From Lama glama (Eukaryota): a stretch of 64,000 nt of DNA. Positions 51,479-64,000 of this stretch are shown here, one piece after another; the first letter of the stretch is position 1, and every line of letters begins with the position of its first letter. The translations under genes were made by a program, and so were the position numbers. The notes beneath the pieces were generated by a model that was not told the origin of the DNA, did not search any database, and worked only from the letters and a program-made list of their open reading frames with translations. Where the stretch lies: contig CM052817.1 in assembly GCA_028534125.1 (NCBI GenBank), forward strand, positions 60,204,001-60,268,000, given 5' to 3'.

Positions 51479-52709
51479 AGTATCACACAAAAGAGAATGT
51501 CCGTACATGTCCTGAGAAGGACATGAGGACAATGCAGGCTGTAAGAATCCTGTTGTGACTCCTTCACTGTAATAGCCTAATATATAAACAAGACTTTCTC
51601 AAGGATTTCAAATTCTGATTAAAAAAAAGATCTGATGGATGTTAAACTGTGGAAGTTAATGTACAGTTGATATTTAATTTTTTAAATAATTATCAACACA
51701 GCTGTTCTGATCTGAAATTTTGACCTCAGGTCAGAGCTAATTTTAATAAAAGGTGACCATTTTATGATTCCCCAAATAATTTATACACTAATGCCAGCAT
51801 CTGCTGCACCAGAGTACCATAATATTAACCTGATAAATTTTGAACCAGAGTCTTTCACACAATTCATCATAATTTATTTTGGTGACATGTACTTATGACT
51901 TGCAGGTGCTAAGTTCTGTACTGAATAATGTTTTTTTCAGTTGATCTAAGACAAAATGAACATCCTATGTATTTTATTCAATTTATAGTAAAGAAATGTA
52001 GAACATGCAAACATGTTTCAAAATTACATCAGAGTTTATGAAAAAGTCACTTTATTAAGAAATAGGCATCAGGAACCTAAAATAGAAAAACCTAGATGAG
52101 AGAAATGTAGTGAAATCTCCCTGTAAAGAGAGAATGTAGCACTTGTTTGGCTTTAGAAAGTACTTTCACAATAGCCAACCAAAATAGACATTTGACATTT
52201 GATAGGAAGCACTTGGAGTGGAAATGGGCTAAGTAATTACTTTAATCTTCTCAAAAGTAACCTTCTTAATGATGTATAACAAAGATATTTAATCCAAAAT
52301 AGTGTAGAAATGACCTTAGAAAACTTACTGTCGTATTATCAGTGAGTTGGAAATAGCAAATCTCAAGTATGAATATATTCACATTGCAATGATTACATTG
52401 CTGATCATAATAATTTGAAATAACGAAAGAAAAATAAAGTAGATGAAGACCAACTGTAGGACAGACTCAGAGTGTGTGTAAACATCTGTGACTTAATTGA
52501 AAGAACAGTAGAATGACAGCCCTAGAAATAGGTTTGGTTATGAATACTAGAAATGTACAAACATGGTTTTCATTGCTTTCCATAAAAGTGAAAAAATAAG
52601 ACAGAGCAACAGTTCTCAAAAAGACAAGTCTAAATACATTTCAGTTCAAATTATTTCAGCACAAATTAAGTAATACTGTAATAAATGACTATTATGAAGA
52701 AAAAGGTAA

Positions 52710-52940
52710 TGATGACAATGATAACCATATTGATTATCTATTCTGTGCCAGGAATTATGCTGAATATTTTATATATTTTGCTATTAATGATAACAACTTT
52801 GAAATTTAAGTATGTATTATCTTATTTCTTGTAGTGTGAAAATACATGAGACTCATAAATATTAAGGAATTAGACCAAGTCACACAGAGAGTGGAAGTGA
52901 AACCCCAGCTGTCTAAATTTAAAACTTAGACTCTTTCAAT
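52710..52940 (-). mobile_element. MIR
   Basis: tattgattatctattctgtgccagg...ccaagtcacacag...aaaccccagctgtct. Confidence 0.6.
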
Positions 52941-53652
52941 GCTCTTAGAATCATAATTTGTAATAGTAATGACTGTATTTAAAGAGATAAGAAAATTTTT
53001 TACAGAAATACAGACTTTCAGAACTGTCTAGTAAAAAAAAACTGTCAAAATTTTACTGTATTCTGCATTTGTGAATCTTAGACAAACCCATATAGTAAGC
53101 TATCAAACTGACAATAAGTATGAAATCAAGAACTGGAATAAATGTGGCGTAATTTAGATACCATTAACTTACGGAACCACACCATGGAAATTAAGAGAAT
53201 CATCTCCATGCAAATAATTAATGCTGTTTAACTACTCAAAGGGTAAATGGAATAAAGATCTAATTGCTCAGGTTGGCTTTATTTATGAGCAGTAAACAAA
53301 ATTAAAGAATGTTACTAAGTGTAGGGTAGACAACAATTATAAAATAGAGGAAATGCTTTTCTTAGACTTGCTACACATTTGTGGGTCTGAGATTCTTAAA
53401 AGGGATTTTAGAGCTTCCCGAAGGTTGTAGATAATTTATAAATAAAAACTTAATTTAAAACAACCGAAATGTATTAGGCAAATGGAAGATGCACCTGCAA
53501 GTAATTTAGATCCGAGTACAAATGCCCAAAAGTTAGAAATTAAACCTAAATGACATTTTAAATCTCATTCCTAAAAACAAAACAAACCAAAAAGCTTTGT
53601 ATTAGAGGATAAGCAGACTGTTATATTTTGGGGAGTCTTTGTAAAATTGTAG

Positions 53653-53718
53653 GAATGATACTTCCCAGTATTCTGTGTCGAAACCTTCTTGAAGGGAATA
53701 GGAGGCACGTTGACAAAG
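53653..53718 (+). CDS. Candidate exon (66-nt symmetric cassette, or first exon from ATG 53655: MILPSILCRNLLEGNRRHVDK)
   Basis: Consensus donor AAG|gtaagt at 53718/53719; open frame; locally CpG-retaining; weak acceptor; peptide not recognised. Confidence 0.2.
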
Positions 53719-56269
53719 GTAAGTGGTATGGTTTCCTTCCCTGCATATTTACGGGGATAAGGAGAAGTCTGCTGAGATGCCCAACTACGATGGCTTCTTT
53801 CCTGTAGAAAACTATATCCGGTAGAAGGAAATAACCCAACATAAAGAACTATATTAACTGTCAGACCAAGTATCTTTGCATGTTCATAATTTGTCAAGGA
53901 TGAGCCTCTCTCCTAAAGTAAATATGGAACTTTTCTGAATAATTTTTGTGAGTGGTACATCTTTAATTACAGAATGATTTGGGACATCCCAAGGACACCT
54001 CTGAGAGTGAGTAGAAACTGTTGCTTCATGACATATTCAGATCCTCTTGCCGCACTTTCTCATCATTTCTAGATGCACAAATAATACATTAGTCCTACTA
54101 TGGCCATGTGGTTCTCAAATATGTTGATTTACTGTATGTAACCACTAAACACTGATAGTATTTTTTATGGTTTAATGATACTGGATTTTATTTTACATCC
54201 ATTGTGGTATTATGCTCATGAAATTAAATCTGTCTCTTTTTTCTCATTTTCAGTATCACATTTTACAATCACATTTTGTGATTTCTGTATAATGAGGAGT
54301 AATTAATGCACATGAGTGAAAATCATCTTTATAGTCAGAATTTATATTTAAGCTTGGATCATACATGCTTACTCATCATGACTGCTTCTGATTTTATCTG
54401 CAAAATAATGATTTTTGTGATCCAGTGAGCAATAAATGCTTTCTACCTCTCTCCTATATTTACCAGTAGGTAATAATGAAATGTCACAGACTCGATCATT
54501 AAACTTATATTTGAGTCCCTTTCAAAATGTGTCACCTTTTCTGCAGCTGTGTGCCTTTTCTCTTCTTTGTTGTGTCTCATAAATTTTTATAACTTTTTTG
54601 CTTTGGAAATCTGTAATTTTTCCCAGAGCTTCACTAGGTACCTTCTAGCAGTAATAAAACTCTTGTCATTTTCCATTGCACCTAATTTTAGAGTAAGGCC
54701 TACTGGCTTCACTCTGCAGCATAGTAGATAAAATAATCAATATGCTCAGGTTGAAAAATTAAATGCAGCATTTACGTAGCCACTGAGTTATAGCACTTGG
54801 AGCTTGGAACAGATGGCCTTTTAAGAGATTTGCTAGATTTTTTGAGAATGGGTGGATTTTCCCCCAGTCTTTTTGTATCTTTGTATTTACTCAATTTTGC
54901 ATCTAAAAAAAAAAAAAAAAGAATTACCCATTACAATTGGTATAAAATAATTCAGATAATTTCCTAGACGTGCAGTTACCTTTTGAGTAAATTCTGATTT
55001 TTTTTATCTTACAGTTGTGACCTTTATATGCATGCTCATCCCTACTCACCTCTGGTTCTTAGTCTTACAAACTTACAGAGCTGTTGTAAGATTCTATTGC
55101 AAAACTACATTGACTATTGAGAATGCAGTGCATTTTTAATATTATGAAGTGATGTCCATGTCCTTTTTTCTTACCCAGTATAAATTAAACTTACCATTGA
55201 ACCCCATCTCTGACCCCATTTCTCCTGCAGCCTGATGCTTTTCTAGTATGAGAAAAACACTGTTCAAATAACCCATTTCAGTTTGAATAATGCATAGTCA
55301 TGATAATGTACTTTTATATAGGCAATTTGGGAAAGGATTAGACATTTCAGAAAATGATTGCCTCATTTCTTCCCCATGGGTTTCAGCTCGATGATTATTC
55401 TGTAAAATTTTGACAGCTGCAACGACCATAGAACATGGGATTAATTCATTTATTAAACAGATATTTGTTGATCATCTACTACAGGTTAGGTAGACATTGT
55501 GCTGGATCCTAGATATAAAGTAGTTTGTAAGACATGCAGCAATGTGCAATCATAGTTTTGTTGTGATTTGAATATGCTGTGATTTAAATGTATGTTTTCT
55601 TGTTTCAAAAGCAAGATATACTTCTAATTTTCCCAAGATAACCCTATTAAGAAGCTTTTAAGTTGTAAAGATCACAATATTTAACTGATTTGATTGTCCA
55701 ATCAACATGTAACTTCAGGGGCTGGTAAAAGGAAACCTCTGTTCTTTTCCCAAATGTCTAAGGACACAATGAAGATAGTTAAAGACACGTCCTTTGCAGT
55801 TTAAAGGCTATGGAAAACAATCCAGAATTGCATTTAAAATATGGAAGTCAGAGTAGATGCACAAAGAGAAGGAGAAGAAAGCAAACTGGAATCTGATCAG
55901 TATTGAATCACAAAAGAAAATGTAGCTAAGATAAATAGATTTTTAATCTTAAATCTGTTTTGCTTCATAAAATCAGTGACATTATTAGATAATAACAACT
56001 GAGAAGAATGAAAGTGATATTTCATACTTTAACTAATTATTTGTAGTTCTTATATTTTATTGGAAATGCCATCTTTCATCTGATCTTCAAAAAATGTTAA
56101 CATATGGGAGTGGGACCCACAATTGTTTAGTAACTCAAGTTAATTAAAGTCTGTGTTGTAAAGCCAAATGGCACACAGGCTTTCACATTGGTGCCAACAA
56201 AGCCATTTTGATATATCCCCTGGATGCAGCCAAGTTCTAAGGTGAGCATCCACTGCATGGGCTGTGGCA

Positions 56270-56405
56270 CAGCATGTGCTGGAACCAGCGGCTCACACAG
56301 GCTCAGGAGTGCATTTCTCCTGACTCTGCGTTGCGTGTCGTCACACTGACAGCCGGCCATGATGGTAGTATTTACACCACAGAAATTAGCAAATGCTGCA
56401 GACAA
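56270..56405. mobile_element. MER63-like hAT relic
   Basis: tgtgctggaaccagcggctc...ggccatgatggtagtatttacaccacagaaattagcaaatgct; related to 48971-49148. Confidence 0.65.
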
Positions 56406-58139
56406 TTTTTTTTCCATCATTACTGACCCTGGAGGAATGAAAAGTCCTGGAGGAATGGCCCTTTTTCCTTCCCCATAGGTTCCTTGTGGGAATTGCAGCC
56501 AAGGGTAGCCTCTCAGCACTTAGGTCTGGGAACCTCCTCCGTGGACCAGAGAGCTTTTATTCCTCCCAGTGTCAGCAAATTCCTCATTTATCAATGGATG
56601 TGAGACTGTTGACTCAGTTTTGCTCACAGGGAGAGCAAAGGGATCTCTTCCTCTCTATCACTCTCCCTTTTCTACCTCTCCCCTTTCTTATGTGCATATG
56701 CAAAACATGTGAGTCTGGGTAGTGAACAATTCAAGCATTTCTCCCATCTGGTACATTTCTTGGTTTTGAAAGACTTGATGGTCCACTGACCATTGTTGTT
56801 ATCTATAATGACAACTGTCATTGTTTTGAAAAAGTTTATCCTATTAAAAATGTAGTAACATATGACTTTGTCATTAAGAAACTTTAATATTACTTCAGTT
56901 TTTGCTATTAAAGACTTATTCATTTATTGCTTGCATGTAATATATCGTGTCATAGTATCATAGGAAGCCATGAAACTTAAGTCTGAGTCTGGGTCTGGCA
57001 CCTGTGGAAACAAGTTAACTTTACATTGTAGCCTACATTTACACTGCATTGTACATTCTCCAACTTGTCTGGAGATTGATGAGATAAAGGTCCTCATCCC
57101 ACAAGTTGGAGATGGGAAATGGGAAGTCAGAAAGTCCCAAACTCTTTTAGATCACTCAGATTCCATCTAGTAAATTACTTTTCTCTGAGGTATTTTCAAG
57201 GTCCGAAATGATAATGTACTTATAAAAAGTCATTATGACTTTTGTGCACCTGTCAGAGTAGGTCTAATGTCTTGTAGCCAATATGAAAGTCTAAATGCAT
57301 CACTATACGTGTCAGACTGGCAGCAAATGCATTCTCCTCCAATTGACCATTTCTGTTCCTGTCTCTTATATTCTTATTGGGTAGACAGTTGGTGAACAGG
57401 TTTTATTTTGTAAGATATTACATAATATTTTATAGAGAATTATCTTATAACAGATGTGACTGTTTAAAGGAGGGCCATGCTGCTAAAATTCTGAAAGCTT
57501 TGGAAAAGGCTTATCCATCACACCTGAGCTATGTACTACTATTTTGGTAATTACAAACTAGCCCCATTGTGTTCGATATCCTCTCTCTTTGAAATGATAT
57601 TTCTATATTCTTTTTAGGCACTATGCCTCTTAATAGTGGGACATATTATATGTCACAGCAGGAGTTGTGTGACAACATTTAGATTTAACAGTTATTACAA
57701 CAAAACCATCATGTATCAATGCACTGAAACAGCTCCTGTGTTAGGAAGCATTATCCTGCCAATGAGAGGGGTTTAAGATTAGCTCGTAATTTGTTAGCTG
57801 AAAGTTTGGCATGGTCGAAAAGTAAAATACAGGGGTCCAAAGACCTGGGCCCTGATCCTGAGGCTCTCCCTAAGCCCGTGTAATCCTGTGAGAAAATTAC
57901 TTGTGTTGGCAGATAGAAGGGCACTTCCCAGTGAGATCAGGAACCTAGTGTAGAAATCCTTAAAACTGTAAATTATTCGCTCATAAAAAGCAAGGAGACA
58001 CATATTATTTTATCCCGATACTGTTGGAGAGAAACAGCTTTAAGGAAGAAGTTGTTATATGTAGCACATTTTTAACCTCAGGTAGCTGAAGGAAGTTGGA
58101 GAGATTAGGAATTGTGGCTCAGCTGTCAGAATGAAGGCA

Positions 58140-58350
58140 GTGGTCAGGCCTCTGTAGCGCAGGCCTGATGGTTTGGGGAAACAATGAGCAAATTATTTTG
58201 TCCCTCTGGCTGTCAGTTTCTTTTCCTATAAAATTACGGATTTGAAATAATCTTGCAGGCTCCAGAGTCAAAAGACCTGCATTGAAATTTCAGGCACTTA
58301 CTAGTTGTGTGACATTAGCACAGCAGTTAAGACTGTTTCTGTTGAAAAAT
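58140..58350 (+). mobile_element. Two adjacent MIR fragments
   Basis: ctctgg...tcagtttcttttcctataaaat and ctccagagtcaaaagacctg...cacttactagttgtgtgacattagca. Confidence 0.55.
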
Positions 58351-59260
58351 AACAAGAAATCTCTCTCTCACTGGCCAAAAACAAACAAACAAAATCAGCA
58401 AAAGGACAAGATAAAGGAATTTATTTATCGCACACATATTATGAACTCCAGGAAAAACTTGTCAAACCCTATCACGAGACCTCCCTTCGTTTGTCCTGGT
58501 GGATACTAGCAGCTAAGGCTTTACTGTCCCTTGAGTTCATATACTTTGAAAGAATTAGACCAACTTGAACCACATACTCCCCTGAATCAACCCCTATGGT
58601 TAGGTGAATTCTCTGGGCTGACAGATCTTAACTCTAGCCTAGCACTCCAGCCCTTGCTCCCTTGAAATAAAGGGATTTGGGCAACAATTGAAATTACTTT
58701 TTAATTTCCTGTAATGAAATCAATTATTTAGAATGATACATTGCATTAAAAGCATTTGTTTATTATGATTACAATCATGCCTTGATTTTCTCTCATTGGC
58801 AAACAATATAACTTAGTTATATTTTAAACTGTTTTCATCCATTATAAGGGAAAAAAAGTCATATTCCCTGCATCACAGTGAAGTAAAAAGTCTGAACTTT
58901 TTTTTTTCTTTCTGTATTTTCCTTGCTTTTCAAATTAAAGCATGAGTGCTTTGAAATTTAATTGAGACCATTGGGACCGGAGGGTCCTTTGCATTAAGAA
59001 AGTTAGGTTTCCACATGTGTACAGTTTCAGTTAATTGTAGTGTTGTATGAAATATGTATGATGAAGAGAGAATTTTAATTTTCTTTGGCATATTTCGAGT
59101 GTACATTTTCAGTACCATTGTTCAAATAAGTTGAAAGTATTTAGTGAATAATTTATATATATTTTTGAGAGAGGTGAGCATCCATAGGTTTTATTAGACT
59201 GTCAAAGGCATCTTATATTCAACAATGAATGAAATTATTGTTAATCAATGTATGAGATGA

Positions 59261-59548
59261 TTTTTTCCAACTTACTGAGGTATAACTGACAAATAAAATT
59301 GTAAGATATTTAAAGTGCACATCACAATGATTTGATATATGTATACATTGTGAAAGGTTTCCTTTCATCTAGTTAACACATCCATCACTTCAGACATTTA
59401 TCTTTGTGTGTGTGAGAACGTTTAAGTTCCATTCTCTTAGCAAATACAGTCAGCTATAGTCACCATGTTAAACATGAGAGCCTCAGATCTTACTCACCTT
59501 ATAATTGAAAGTTTGTATACTTTAACTCTATTTCCCTCACTCCCCATT
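59261..59548 (-). mobile_element. LINE-1 3' end (L1MA8/9-like)
   Basis: actgaggtataactgacaaataaaattgta...tatacattgtgaaag...ctcttagcaaat...ctatagtcaccatg. Confidence 0.85.
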
Positions 59549-59879
59549 TCTTTTTCTTCTAACAACTTAGGAGCTTGCCTTAGAAAATAATGGCATTGCA
59601 TTTATATTAAAAATGAATGTCTTGTAAAAAAATAGCTGAAATATTATTTTACATAAGTTTTAATCACATTCAATCATTTTATGGTAGAGCAGTGCCTAGA
59701 TTTAAAATTTCTCTCCTAGAATTTACTTTTCAGACTTACAGACTCAGATATAGTAATTGATAATGATTTATAGAAAATTACACATAGCTTGATGACTTTA
59801 TTTCTGACGTTTTTTGTGACAAGATACTTGACTTGTCATTATTTTATTGGGTTATTAATGCTTGCTCAAAATTCTGGTG

Positions 59880-60650
59880 TCTTTTTAATGTATTTTTCCC
59901 ATAGGAAATGAAAGCTCATTATAAAAAAATTCAATATATAGAAAAGTAAAAAAGAAGAAAAACAACTTCCTTATTTTTTGCATAGTCTCTTTCAAAGTTT
60001 GCATACATTACATTTATGTGTATTTCTATGCAATAAAAGCATATATGATACTTTAATTGTACCATGTTTAGAACATTGTCTTCATTTATTAATTAATTTA
60101 TCAAGCATTTGTCAAATTTCTACAAAGAAATGTGACCAAAAATCCCAGTTTGCTTTCCTACCTTTATCAATGGAAGTCTCATATTCTGGGAAATCTGACT
60201 GTCCCTGTCAAACTGGGATGGTTACTCTACTGCAAAGATGGAGGTGAATTACAATAGACTAAAGTAACATTGAATTCAGTGTGGGAGTGATAGGATATAT
60301 TCTAAAGCTGCCATATCTTCAACTTTTCATTTATTATTTTTCATGTTACTGCATAATTTTTCAGTTGTGCTTTCATAACAATAAACTTCTGTAGAATGAA
60401 TATAAAATAACTTTATAAATCTGTTCCTTTAGCTTAGACTTTTGAGTCATTTCTCAGTTTTGCTGTTGTAGACAATACTGATTTGAACATCTCTGATTAA
60501 AACCTTTTTGTGTTTATGATAATATATTCAAGATAGAGTCATAAGATATAGAATTGCTGAGGTGAAGAGTATAAGTTTGTTAGGTCTCTGATACATGCCA
60601 CTGAGTTGTTCTCCAAAAATCTTTAAACACTTTATATTTCCATTTATTTT
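59880..60650 (-). mobile_element. Ancient L1ME fragments with an L2-like insert (about 60085-60300)
   Basis: ttctcagttttgctgttgtagacaatactg, agaattgctgagg, ttgttctccaaaa; L2-like tttatcaagcatt...atggaagtctcatattctggg. Confidence 0.5.
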
Positions 60651-62254
60651 TCTCAGCTAAAAACTGAATTTATTAATCTGGAATAGTTTTCTTGTATTTT
60701 ATTGTTCAAACAGTATTCACTCAGGTTTTCTGAATTATAACTCTAAAGGACAATAAAAGTAAATATGCTTACATTGCCATATGAGAGTTTTAGTTAAACG
60801 TAATAATCTTATTAGACTTCTACTGGAACCCCAAATCTTTATCTTTTTAGGGCTCTCAATATGGATTTCTATTTGGGATTTTAACAGGTAGTTGTGTTAT
60901 AAAAATTCTCAAAGTTAGAGTGGTTAATAACTCTAGTAAAGTTTAGAAACTCTTTACTTTAGGAAATGATACATGGATGAGTGAGAATAGTAACTTGTTT
61001 CCTTTGTGACTAGAAGGGTCTGTTAGTAAAGGTCCTGAATCCATCTTCTCATAAGAACTCTTTTTTTAAAAGAAATCTGATACCAGATTTTCAAATAGTT
61101 TAAAACTTGGTTGAGAGCTATTTAATACTATGAGTTGAGCTGCAGAATGAGTATTCTGATAGAACTTTCATTTCCCAGGAGAGAGAAGACACTAACTTAA
61201 AAAAAAATATGTAGTCTAATTAGCTCTGATGTGATCAAATACAGGTATTATCCTATGGCTTAAAGTAGCTTAGTAACTCAGAAAAAAAATTAATTATTCA
61301 GATATTCTTTAACACAGTTCTTTTAGCACAGAAGAATAAACTTTTAACTATACTATAGATAAAATTTAATATTCAGATTTATTAGCAATTTACCTATAAT
61401 AATCTCCTATGTATATATTTGTTTCATAGTTCATTAAACCATAATAAATATACCAACTGGTTTTTAATTTTCATCAGTTAAATATTCAGTTAAATTTGAA
61501 AATGAAAGACTAAAATAGTTTTACTAATAATTAAACACTTAGCACAAGATGAAAACATATTTGCTCTGGTTTTTGCTCTGGTTTAGTAATGTTATGCTAG
61601 CAAGTATACTTTTAATACCACATAACTATTACAGATTTTTGCCTCTGTATTCAACATACACTTTAATTTAAAATCTGTCATGAGAATGTGAGGCCAGGTC
61701 AAAAGTTATATTAAGAAAAATTTTATGGGTAAACATACAAGTGTATTAATCGCTTTTTCTTTAAATAAAATAAAACCACAGTAAGACTCATTCCAACACA
61801 AGTTCTCCTTTCTCATTAACAACTGATAGGACAAGCATGTGATAGAGCAGCAAGTGGAGGGGAACCAAAGGATGCAATAGAGCTAAAGAAATTTAGACTG
61901 GATTAATACATAAAATTAATTATCATACAGGAATCAGAGTTGCACTGTCTGCTAGAATGTAACATTTAAAAGAATAAATAGGATATTAAATGCCTTTGCA
62001 TAATAGTGAACATGTTAGTTGTTGAAATTGCACAGAAACATTAAAATGTTCCTGTATTTAATTGGTACTTTGAAAACTATATTTATTAAGCATTTAAAGT
62101 ATTTGTATAAGAACATCAAGTCTCCAGATGAATGAAAGTCATACTAAAGGATAGAGGAGAGAACTCTGAGAATCTACCACATTTAACTGCATGCTACATC
62201 AGTACATTTACACAGATAGTGAATGGTACAACCTGTCTTTAAACTTATTCATTC

Positions 62255-62620
62255 CCAAATTCATAATTTCACCCATTAGATCTTAGAAATATTAATGGTA
62301 GACACTGGGGCAATTATTTTTAGAGTGTTTCTAGTTTTTTCCATTTTTCAAATAGTGCTCATTTGAAAATCTTTGCACATACGTTTTTGTGCAAGTATGT
62401 AATTAATTCTTTAGCATAGTTTTTAGGAAGTAAAATTAAGCAAGGTGGATAACTTAACTTGATATATTCGGTACTGCCAAATTGTATTTTACACAGTCTT
62501 AGCAATTTTCAATACACAATGTAGAAGACTGACTCTTTTCTTGAACCCTGCCACCAATGGAAATTATGATAGTTTTAGAATAATAGTTTCTAGTATATGT
62601 GAAAAATAATACCTAATCCA
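62255..62620 (-). mobile_element. Ancient L1ME fragment
   Basis: tctagttttttccatttttcaaatagtgct, taggaagtaaaatt, tactgccaaattg. Confidence 0.5.
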
Positions 62621-63239
62621 AGAAGGTAATCTCATTGTTGAACATTTTAAGGAAAATTGTTTTTAGTATACCAAAAAATCAGAAAATTTATTTTTATTCC
62701 AGCAGGCCAAATTAAGGTTAACCATGGTGTTTCACAGTGATTTAATCAAAACTTTCTGGACTGAATTATTTAGAGACAAAGACCTTGTGTACAATAGCCC
62801 TCTAAAAATTGATATTAACATAGTTGATGGGGATCAATGATTTCATTCCAGCTATGATTTCTCTGTTTGTTTTAACTATCACTGACACTAAATATTTGCA
62901 GGGCTCACTCTTCTTGGGGTCATAAGTTCCTAGAAATCAGAAAATAGCCTTTTTTTTTCCATTTGCTAAGATTAAATGGTCAAAAGAGAAAATATCCCTT
63001 TAAGCAGATGGAGATAATTCAGGTTAATTTCTCCATTTCAAGCAGCTTAACTTAATCACATTTATAAAGTCCTTTTTGCCATATAAGATAACATTCATAG
63101 ATTTCAGGAAATAGAACCTAGATAGATGGGGGAAATTATTCAGCCTATCAAAAAGATGCAAATCACCAGTCATTAGTATTATTTATTGTATACTTTTATT
63201 CATTGTTATGATGCTCAGCTGAAGTAGAGACTTTACAGG

Positions 63240-63376
63240 ATGTTCTGTATCTTGTAATAGCCAATACTGAAAAAGAATATGAAAAGAAATATATATACAT
63301 ATACAACTGAATCACTATGCTGTATACCAGATATTAACATGTTATAAACCGACTATACTTCAGTTTAAAGAAAAAG
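63240..63376 (+). mobile_element. Short cetartiodactyl-type L1 3' end
   Basis: tatcttgtaatagcc...gaaaaagaatatgaaaagaa...caactgaatcactatgctgtataccaga...accgactatacttcagtttaaagaaaaa. Confidence 0.85.
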
Positions 63377-64000
63377 ATAATTCTTTTGAGTAAAGCTTGT
63401 GAATAGCTTGATTGATTACTGTTTTCAGCCATTTGTTCAGAGAGTTGTAGTCATCTGAACCTTTAGATTTTCTTTAATGTAGTATGGTATTATATAATTG
63501 TATAGCAGGCTAGCACAGTTGGTCCCACTGATTTCTCTTTTTTGCCTACTTCTGTCTAAATTAAGGAATAAATAAAACATGATTAATCTCCATGGCTATG
63601 GTCCCAAAATTACTGAACTTTTTATCTGGGAAAAACTTGCATACATTTGTGGAATTGCTTCGTTTTCTAATCTCTTCTCACTATTTTGAGCAATCTTCGC
63701 CATGCTCTTCAACCTTCATGTATGGAAAAATAAACCTGGACATGGTAATAGTGGTGCTGAGGGGGGAAAACCTTGGGAAAAAAAGTTTCTTTAAGGGTTA
63801 AAGGTAAATAGCTGTGTCCTCTGAGAGCACTTATGGTAATATACATCAGTAAGGTAATTTGGTATGTGATATTTCCATAACTTTTCTTAATCATAGACAT
63901 TTTTATACTTGGAGCCTGAATTAACAGCTTCAGCAACTAGTGAACCAAGGAAATACTATACATTAAATATCCACAGGCCTTTATTTACAATTGTGAAATC

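Noticed and set aside
43392..53215. Octamer motifs ATGCAAAT/ATTTGCAT at 43392, 45384 and 53208
   Set aside because: Several are expected by chance in 64 kb of such AT-rich DNA
56127..56519. 130-aa minus ORF in a GC-richer patch
   Set aside because: Runs through a MER63-like relic; no recognisable protein similarity
1..64000. CRISPR arrays, operons, prokaryotic or phage defence systems, CpG island, intact retroelement ORFs
   Set aside because: No regularly spaced repeat-spacer array, no long ORFs and no CpG island; the sequence is ordinary mammalian repeat-rich non-coding DNA

Overview
This is AT-rich, CpG-depleted placental-mammal genomic DNA, most likely from a camelid. The young SINEs are tRNA-Ala(AGC)-derived and resemble the camelid Vic-1 type, and I saw no Alu, B1/B2, Bov-tA/A2, PRE-1 or SINEC copies. 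The window reads as a large intron or gene-poor interval. It carries fossil and younger LINE-1 pieces, L2, MIR, MaLR/ERV solo LTRs, hAT DNA-transposon relics (MER5, MER33, MER63) and microsatellites. The only ORFs I recognise are degenerate LINE-1 ORF2 fragments. I cannot name a host gene and found no convincing novel biological system. The best leads are unverified: (1) candidate + strand micro-exons, notably a 50-nt cassette at 7488-7537 that would switch a downstream exon at 11524 between a C-terminal ETTV PDZ-binding motif and an early stop; (2) an antisense bias of L1/LTR insertions consistent with a + strand host transcript; (3) nested insertions with visible target-site duplications (TSDs), including a probable L1 3' transduction. 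Repeat family names come from recalled consensus sequences, not from a search. Boundaries are approximate unless a TSD is given.
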